Below, piece by piece: positions 55,882-64,000 of a DNA stretch of 64,000 nucleotides; positions within the stretch are counted from its first letter, which is position 1; every line of letters starts with the position of its first letter. The notes below the pieces were generated by a model, which saw only the letters and a program-made list of their open reading frames with translations, was not told where the DNA came from and did not search any database. This DNA comes from Octopus bimaculoides (Eukaryota): the NCBI RefSeq assembly GCF_001194135.2, contig NC_068983.1, positions 110,336,767 through 110,400,766 of the forward strand, written 5' to 3'. The translations under genes and the position numbers were made by a program.

Positions 55882-56458
55882 AGATCAAAGCTCCTTCCCG
55901 AATCACAGGCGTGGTAATTGTTCGTAGCAAGATTACTTATTTTTGCTTGCTAAGTGGACTGCAGGAACGTGAAATGAAGTTATTTGTTAAAAAAAAAAAG
56001 ACATTCAGCGGTTCATTAATTGAAACTACAATCTTACGACAATGTGCACAAAACCTTAAGCACTAAACAACAAGAACAAGCACAGCAATAATAAAAAGGA
56101 TATGATTTGGGAGATGGAGTGGGAGTGGTTAACCACGTACTCTACATGAACAATTTAAAGCTTTATGGGGAAAATGAAGATCAACTTGGCACACTGGTGA
56201 ACACAGCAACAATTTTCAGTAATTATAGAGACAAGAAATTTAGTATCAATTAACGCACCATTTTCATACCAAAGAGGGGAAAGGTAAAGCAGAGTCAAGG
56301 ACTTAAACTGGGAGAAAGTCAGGAATACAATTATTTGGGATGTCATTATAAGTCCGAATGTTTGATGCACGTTCGAAATGGGAAACAAGTTACTCACTGC
56401 GTTTCATCACGGAGAATAGAACACGCTTGTTGGCAATTGGTGTGTATACACTTAGCTC

Positions 56459-56553
56459 AGCTCGCAGCGCCATCTTCCAAGACTGTGAAATGTTAACATT
56501 TCGAAGTAGTTGTCTCATCGGTCACAGACTCTAAGCAGACGGCACTGCAAGCT
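56459..56553 (-). ncRNA. Type I hammerhead ribozyme with extended stem I (retrozyme copy 1)
   Basis: Minus strand: agcttgcagtgccgtct/agatggcgctgcgagct 17-bp helix, internal loop, ctgtga/tcacag, core CCGATGA, weak stem II gacaactacttc, GAAA, palindrome ATGTTAACAT, triplet ATT. Confidence 0.75.
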
Positions 56554-56909
56554 AATTTTAAGAGATTACCTCTGTTATGCTTTTCTAGTGACCGTACGTT
56601 GAGTGTCAGCGCTATACGGCAGCTCACCCTACGTAAATTACGGAGGTGTTTTGCTAAGCAGTGACAACAGAAATTGCAATGTTATTGTCAGTTCGAATAT
56701 GCTTGATGCACCATGACCAAACGCAGTGAGTAGCTTGTTCCCCAATTCGAACGTGCACCAAGCATATTCGGACGGATAATAACATTGCACTTTTACTTAT
56801 CACTGGTTAGCGCTCCTTCTCCGTAATGTACTTAGAGTGAACCTCTGTATAGTGCTGCTAGTCATTCTACGGTGTCTGGAACAGCATAACAGAAGGGATC
56901 TCTTAATTT

Positions 56910-57031
56910 AGCTCGCAGTGCTGTCTACTTAGTTTCTGTGATCGATGAGACAAGTACTCCAAACGATGAAGAGACAACTACTCAGAAATGTTAACATCTC
57001 ACAGTCTAGGTAGATGGCGTTGTTGCGAGCT
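56910..57031 (+). ncRNA. Type I hammerhead ribozyme with extended stem I and partial core duplication (retrozyme copy 2)
   Basis: agctcgca/tgcgagct, ctacttag/ctaggtag and ctgtga/tcacag pairings. TCGATGA...ACGATGA duplicated core, GAAA-TGTTAACAT, triplet ATC at 56996-56998. Confidence 0.72.
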
Positions 57032-60000
57032 GATCTAGGTGTATACACACCATTTATTAACCAGCGAGATATATTCTCCATGACAAAACGAAATAAGTAG
57101 CTTGTTCCCAATTTCGAACGTGCCTCAGCATATTTGGATTGATAATAACATTGCAATTTCACTTGTCACCGCTTAGAGCTACCCCTCCATAACAATTATT
57201 TGGACATTTTGGAATCAGAGAAAGGAAGAAAACCATTTCAAAGAAGTACTTCAAAAGGATCAAATTGATACTGAAATCTAAGTCAAATTCTGGAAAGTTG
57301 GTAAAGGCAACACATTGAAGTACTCTATCAATTATGAGATGTGTGACAGGTCTTGTCAATTTGAATGGAGAGGAACAGCAAGATATTGATCGAAACACTC
57401 GGAAAATAATGTCAGTGTACAAGGCGTTGCATAAAAGTGAAGATGTGTAGTGTCTGTGTAGGAAATGTGAAAACAGAGGAAGGGGGTTGATCATTATGGA
57501 GGATTGTGTGAGCATGTACGTTCAAATCGCAAACACGAAATCTCTATAGAATTGCTACGAGCAGTAAGCAATACTTGGGGAAGGAATAGCAAAAGATGAA
57601 GTATTTGAAAAGAGAATGTAAAGGCACATGGAAAAATATATATACGCACAGTTTATGAATAATGCTCGGGCGGGAAGAGGTGAAGGCATTTGTAATTGGT
57701 TGAAAAAGGAAAATCTCAAACAAGGGAGAGAACGATTAAATATAGCTGCTCGGGATCAGGCCCTCGATATAAAGAGCACAAAATGTGGAGCTGGAACCAA
57801 CGTGTTGCCAGTGTGCAGGTTGTTCGATGACCGAAAGTAAACATACTAAGTGAATGTTCCAAACTAGCACAGAAACAATATAAATTTGGAGACGTGATAA
57901 ATTTGCAAAGATCGTCCATTAGCAAATGCATAAGCAGTATTAATTTCCATCATGACTCAATAGGTATGACCATGTACCCAAAAAGTGACTTTGTTTAAAC
58001 ATTTTGGAGATGTTTCTATTCAAATAGATTGCTTGCATGTTTCTTTTGTATTGTTTATACATATGTTGATAGTATTGGACAATGTATATATTTGTTTTAT
58101 ATTATGAAAGAATTTAAACTAATTAATCTGAATAACAATGTCCGATTTATCCATGTTGACACATTTAAAATATTTCATAACACGATACATTAAAATGGTT
58201 CTGTTCATAAATTTTCTTTTTCCAATCATTGATGCGACACCGAATATTCCATCACCCAGAAGAAATTTTGATATGTTTTGAATGTAAATATTTACATGAT
58301 TCAATATAACATGAACTGTCATTTGATATCCTTATAATCACTTCCTCTGAAATTCTTCCTATGTTGAACAAAATATGTTTAATGTCGTTTCTTCGAATTG
58401 TATTCTAGACAGAATGATAACAATGTCTATATCTCATAGTTTTCTTGAGAAATTAATGGCAGGCATGTCATATTGCTTCTAAATATTCGTATATATTTAA
58501 GTGCACTAGAGAGCTTGGATCCTTAAACATAATATTGGATGACATGAAAATATGGAACTCAAAAGCTGATTAATGCATCCATGCTACTCAGTGTCATATT
58601 ACACATGTAAAAACTACAATGAAAGTAGAAATCCTGGTAAATCTAAATTGAATAGTACTGTTCATTGCATGTTATGACAAAATCCTTGTTAACATATAGA
58701 ACTTTAAAATTTTCTCGAGATATTCAAGTTCCTTCTGTATATTTAAAACACGGAATTAATACCAATGTCAGATTATACAAGAGTTATTGGATTGAGTCGA
58801 CTTATATTTCCAAGACTGTGCTTTTATCATTCTAGACTTATTGCTTCTTAATCAATATGTTGTTGTATACCTGCTTACTTTGCTGCAAGTTTAACACAGA
58901 GAATAATATTTAACCCCTAGTGAAGGGATTTCTCTCCTGATGTCGATTTGATCGCATCCCTTATGTAACTAAAAAAAAAAATTACATTGACTTCGTACCT
59001 CTCTGTTGTGCTAAATTAAGTTTTCATACAAACCACTGAAGTACAAATCTGACACAAAGGTTTATTAATTTGATTATATCTCTTCACGAAAGAAATCATT
59101 ATTGATTTATATAAATCAATAACGATACGATACATTCCTATATATCTGAAATGCAGATAATAAAACAATATTCACCACTAATGCAGCATTAATGTTTCAG
59201 TAATAATGAATCACTAACATATAAATATAGAATGTGTGAATAATTGTTACTGTAGGTGATAAGGCCTTCACTGAAATTTTCAAGAAAGCTTCACAAATAA
59301 ACATGTTAATGTAAATTCTTTGAATTGCGAAATTTATAACATATATGCTCGTTATAAATAACTTAGAACTGAGCATATTTTCCGTCTGAAATGGAATTTG
59401 CGCTTTCCACACAGAAATTAATAAAGCAATATATTCATATTACTGAGTTTATTGATATCGCTATATTAAAGCGGTATTCAGTGGTGAAGCCCGTTTGACT
59501 TTTGGTATAATGGAATACTATTGTATCGAACCGCATTTCACAGAAATACAGTAGATATCTATTCACAGGTAGTAGATATTTCAAAAGATAACTAGCACAA
59601 TTCCAAAGCAATTCCAATGTGAATAGCTTGTACAAATAGAAATGGAACATAAGTAAAGGATACTTACATAGAGATTCTCTTATATCTGCATGCTTGCATC
59701 GGATTTTGCGGAATTCTAATTCAAAGCTGTTCACTTATTAAAGGTTTTCATGCGCATTAAAATATGTGAAGAAAATATTTTCACTTGATCTCTATGAGAG
59801 TGTACATGGGTATGAGAATGTGCAAGATGCGTGTATTACGCATGTTTGAGTTGTAACATACATGAATACACATGTATGTGTAAAAAGCCATAAATACATA
59901 TGTTTCATATACACATACATTTGATATACACCATAAACCTATATACACAAACAAAATATTTGCAGTATATACGAATGAAACACAATGATATAAGATATTG

Positions 60001-60910
60001 AAACTATATGTTGTACATGATGAATGGATCTATGTTTTTCTTAATTCATATTGTTGTAAATCAATAAGATACGCTAAGCGCACTATATGTTTACATCAAG
60101 TAAAATAATTTTTGAAGACATTGTTCGTATTTGTTAATACATTGATATTGTTAACATCATCTGATATGAGAATAATTTTAAAGGAAATGTTAATAGAATA
60201 TAACTTATTCTTAATCTCACGGAAAATACTTCCTATTTTAATCTAACTGCTAGTATTCGCTAATGATTATGTTTGCAATTATTTCGTCTAATACAAAATA
60301 GTACTAGGGTAATGATTTAATGAAAATATCTTTCGGTGGATATTACTTCAACAGTAAAGTCGGAGTCGTTGAATTCTGATAGTCTTATTCCTAAAATGTA
60401 CACTGTATCTTACGTTACATCTCTCGCACAAGTAAAAGTTGAAGAAAAACAGATATTTATGCCATCAATGATTTTAAAGTTACTCTTAGAATATGAAACA
60501 AAAACGCCTATGAAAATTAATCGTGAAATTAATAGGATGCGTACATATTTTGGAAAAGGATGTATCTTATACAAAAGCATAGATTGAGATCGACCACTTA
60601 TTTGTTTTCAGTGTCACTACAAAATGATTTCCGCAAAAAAAAAAAATGTATGCATAGATCTGCTTACCTAATTGGTGCTAATTAAAGTAACGTTATAAAG
60701 TCGATATTCCTCGGTAAATTTCAAATTCTTATGCTGAATGTTCTTTGTTACAGATATTAATGTTCTACAGAGTTTATTTTCTATAATCTACCATTGATAG
60801 CACAATTCTTCTCTAAAACGCGGGTAGAAAAAGTTCCAGAATAACCAAGAATCATTCGAAAAATCTAAATTATACAGAATAAAACTTGAACAGTTTTATA
60901 TTTAATGAAA

Positions 60911-60950
<40 letters not shown>

Positions 60951-60962
60951 ACTCTATCTGTG

Positions 60963-61030
<68 letters not shown>
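60911..61030. repeat. (CTAT)n grading into (CTGT)n
   Basis: Direct reading. Confidence 0.95.
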
Positions 61031-61033
<3 letters not shown>

Positions 61034-61552
61034 GTCTGTCTGTCTGTCTTGCAATATGCGTTGCTGTGTGTATGTTTTTGAATGTGTGTATGTGTGTGTG
61101 CGTGTGTGTGAGTGTGTGTTTGTGAATGAGCATGCGTATGTGTGTGTAACTTCATACATTAGCAGCTGATAGATATGTCAGCTTGTTAGTTGGCTGGCTT
61201 CTCCAGTCACGCTCTGCATTGTATAAACAAAGGGTTAGATAGAGTAAAAGAGAGGTGCAATGAGATTTAACAAGAGAGAAGCTGGATGAGTGCACATATG
61301 AAGAATTTAGGTAGACAATAAAAATTTTCTCAAAAATTCATATATTTCAATGAAAATTTGCAGAGATAGCTTCCGATGGCGATTAAATTTAGAATAATAT
61401 TAACATATATTGATGGCAAATATATAAATGAGAAATTTGTTACATTCAATTTCATTTAAAGATAATAAATTTTTTACTTTTGATATTAGTATTCATTTCA
61501 TGATTTAGCATAAGAATCAGGAAATTCGATAAGTATTAAATTATAATTATTG

Positions 61553-61614
61553 CCTGCTCTGCATTGACAAGGGGCAACACCCTGAAACTAGTCTGCAGAT
61601 GCCAAACCAGCAGG
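61553..61614 (+). ncRNA. Type I hammerhead ribozyme with U3-A8 core variant
   Basis: cctgct/agcagg and ctgca/tgcag stem I with a 10-nt bulge, core TTGACAA, stem II gggg-caaca-ccct, GAAAC-TA-GTC (palindrome ACTAGT), triplet GTC at 61591-61593. Confidence 0.78.
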
Positions 61615-61890
61615 GGGACATTGCTGACCTCCCCTGTTCGAAGGTTATAAAGGACACAGGTTTCGTGTGTCACATAGCTAGCTAGAGGCGATGGCTTCTT
61701 GGAGCTAATTCACGGCAGCTTTCGTCCTAATTTTGGGACTGCCATGTTGGCTTGGCGATAACTATTAATTTCCAGTACCGCTGCCGTAGTCTCCTTTAGA
61801 GAGACTTAGAAATATTAATAACTCTATTTCTGAAAACCAGTGGATAGATTCCACTGAAATTAGATAAATAACCTTCGAACAGATAGTCAG

Positions 61891-62101
61891 NNNNNNNNNN
61901 NNNNNNNNNNNNNNNNNNNNNNNNNNNNNNNNNNNNNNNNNNNNNNNNNNNNNNNNNNNNNNNNNNNNNNNNNNNNNNNNNNNNNNNNNNNNNNNNNNNN
62001 NNNNNNNNNNNNNNNNNNNNNNNNNNNNNNNNNNNNNNNNNNNNNNNNNNNNNNNNNNNNNNNNNNNNNNNNNNNNNNNNNNNNNNNNNNNNNNNNNNNN
62101 N
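61891..62101. other. Assembly gap
   Basis: N run. Confidence 1.
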
Positions 62102-62599
62102 ATATATATATATATATATATATAAGAGGGATGACATCCATTATGCTAGAAGAAAACCACCTATGTTCCAGCATCACCCTTATTATTTAAATTCCTATAT
62201 ATATTGTATATACTTTCAAAACCAAGTATATGCATCGGAATGACTTTTTGAGTAATTGAGGAAATTCAGTATCTAAATTTTACCAGTTCACCCAGATTCC
62301 GATATTCACATGTTACCACTAGAAGGACTAAATTAAGTTGCCCATATATTTCTTTTTGAATTTAAATCAATTGGTGGAACACAATTTACATCAACCACAT
62401 GAATAAGTGTTGTTTTATTGGAAAACCGTTTAAATGTCTTAGTTTGAATGCAAATTCCGTCAAATAAAATATCCGGTTTTGATTGAAAAGTACAATTTAC
62501 AACTGAAAAATATACAGCTAACACTTTTTTTCCTTTTTCACACACACACACACATCAAAGTCATAGTGAAAAGAATTCGAAAAAGTCTACTTTTGCTTT

Positions 62600-62880
62600 A
62601 AATTCTTACTCCAGAGTCCTCATCGCAGCAGCCGCATCACTCCTCTGGCTCAGAATCGTCCTGTGTTGGGTGAGACTCCAGATTTGCATAAAATGTAAAT
62701 TTCTCATCCTGTATCCAGTTTTCACCAAAGGCGGCCTTTAAGAGTAATCATTTTTCTATTCTCTGAAATCGTGACATCACTGGCAGCAACTCCGGACGTG
62801 TGATGGCTGAGCGAGGCGCTTTCTTTTCAAACTTGAGCAAACTCACACTCGTTCCAAATCAGATTTGTAATTCACTTGGC
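62600..62880. other. GC/CpG-richer non-repetitive-looking island; possible first exon or promoter of an unidentified gene
   Basis: Composition differs from the flanks. Minus-strand donor GGA|GTAAGA near 62609. An alternative plus-strand ttactccAG..TGG|GTGAGA 55-nt exon lies at 62615-62669. No recognisable protein. Confidence 0.3.
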
Positions 62881-64000
62881 TTCTTACAAAAGCATTATTG
62901 TTTTTATCTTTGATCAGAATAATGCGTTTTACATCCTGAATATGCGGCAGAGCCTTAAAATACACAGCCACAAGTTTTCTCCTCTCATACATGTAAAAGC
63001 CACCAATCACTTCACTACAACGGAATGTTTCTCGATAACACTAGTATACTTATCTGGGGAAATGATGGTCTGTAGAGATTTTAACTCATGTTCGATCCTG
63101 CCTAGTAGCCTATTACATGGTAAAAATGATTGTCCTTATACGGGAGAAGAGGAATTCTACCTGCCTTGTCTGAGCAGGAGCGGTGCACAGCCAGAGTATT
63201 GACATGGCTAGCATAATGTTATTTTTAAGTTGATCACCGCATCGATCACACTCCAGGTGTACTAGAGTCGTGTTGGATAACCACGACCCTTTACTGTGTA
63301 GTCGACAAAATCAAAAGCAAACAATGGGCAAGCGCGAAATTAAAAATATAATATGGTGACAACTTACTCATAGCAGCCCGTATATTATGTGTGTGTATGT
63401 GTGTGTGTGTATGCGTCTATGAGTGTTTGTAGGTATAATACGAAAGTATGGTGATATATTTATACAAATTAAAATTTGCATTCTGCATTTAAAGATTTGT
63501 ATCACCTTCACTTTGATTATGACGCCGAAAAGATTCTATTAAGCAATAAGACGTTTCTTCTGTATTGCTCTGTCAGAGAATAGCTGCCTTTAGGTAATTC
63601 ATTCAGGTCACTCAAATAAGTTTTGCTGACAACCTGTAAATTAAAATCAGTAGATTCATGGTACAGAAGTAAATAGACAAGGGTTCGAATGAAAATGTAG
63701 CATGTTTAATCGCAGAAATTTATCATATTCTCTTTGGTTTTACTTTTAATTCCGGCACATCAATGTATTAAAAATAGTCCATTCCTTATTATTTTAATAT
63801 ATCCGTAATTAATAAACTATCAAAATCCTCTTGTTGAAATTAGATTACAAAAGTAGAAGGACGTTTTTGTTTTTTAACGTAACAGAAGTGAATAGGAAGA
63901 GTGAACTTCTTTCAGTGTCAGAATAAACACTAAAGCGCTTGGTTGTCGAATCTAGCCTGAAATATAAAAGCTGGATTCAAAGCATAAACGAACCAATTAA

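Larger units (their letters stand above)
56339..57191 (+). mobile_element. Hammerhead-containing ~341-bp tandem-repeat retroelement (non-LTR retrozyme-like) with 5' inversion and 12-bp TSD
   Basis: Period 341 bp (gatgcac at 56364 and 56705). 56339-56711 is inverted relative to 56712-57191. ACAATTATTTGG flanks it at 56327-56338 and 57192-57203. One HHR per monomer. Confidence 0.85.
56050..57960 (+). mobile_element. Decayed Dong LINE (RT to zinc knuckle) split by the 56339-57191 insertion
   Basis: Left side: NHVLYMNNLKLYGENEDQLGTLVNT..IPKRGKV..QEYNYLG. Right side resumes NYLDILE, then EEQQDIDRNTRKIMSVYKALH, RGRGL, AARDQAL and CRLF..SKLAQKQYK. Confidence 0.85.

Noticed and set aside
56339-57191. 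Foldback DNA transposon or MITE interpretation of the large palindrome
   Set aside because: The two ends are not inverted copies of each other but different phases of a tandem unit. The 12-bp TSD and HHR motifs fit retroposition better.
58119-58322. ORF with LGDGIFG resembling a kinase glycine loop
   Set aside because: No VAIK, HRD or DFG motifs nearby in any frame inspected, so chance in AT-rich DNA is likely.
58879-58968. 90-nt minus-strand segment with strong acceptor and donor
   Set aside because: Stops in all three frames. It could only be a UTR exon and has no other support.

Overview
Eukaryotic, AT-rich, gapped scaffold with no confidently identifiable host protein-coding exon. The repeat repertoire (tRNA-headed CORE-type SINEs, RTE and R4/Dong LINEs, Penelope-like elements, mariners, dense microsatellites) resembles an octopus genome; the species is inferred, not verified. 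Nearly all listed ORFs are microsatellite or gap artefacts or decayed transposon fragments. The main unexplained structure is RNA-level: five type I hammerhead ribozyme (HHR) motifs from four unrelated repeats, plus one truncated remnant. The standout is 56339-57191, a ~341-bp tandem-repeat, HHR-bearing insertion (non-LTR retrozyme-like). It has a 5' inversion and an exact 12-bp target-site duplication, and it splits the YNYLG motif of a Dong LINE reverse transcriptase. Also present: an HHR with a U3-A8 compensatory core (61553-61614), a Penelope tail that combines a tRNA-like promoter with an HHR, a full-length Chapaev3-like transposon with TIRs and TSD, and Dong LINEs chained through trinucleotide microsatellites. 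Base pairings and alignments were read by eye. Repeat boundaries are approximate unless TIRs or TSDs are quoted.
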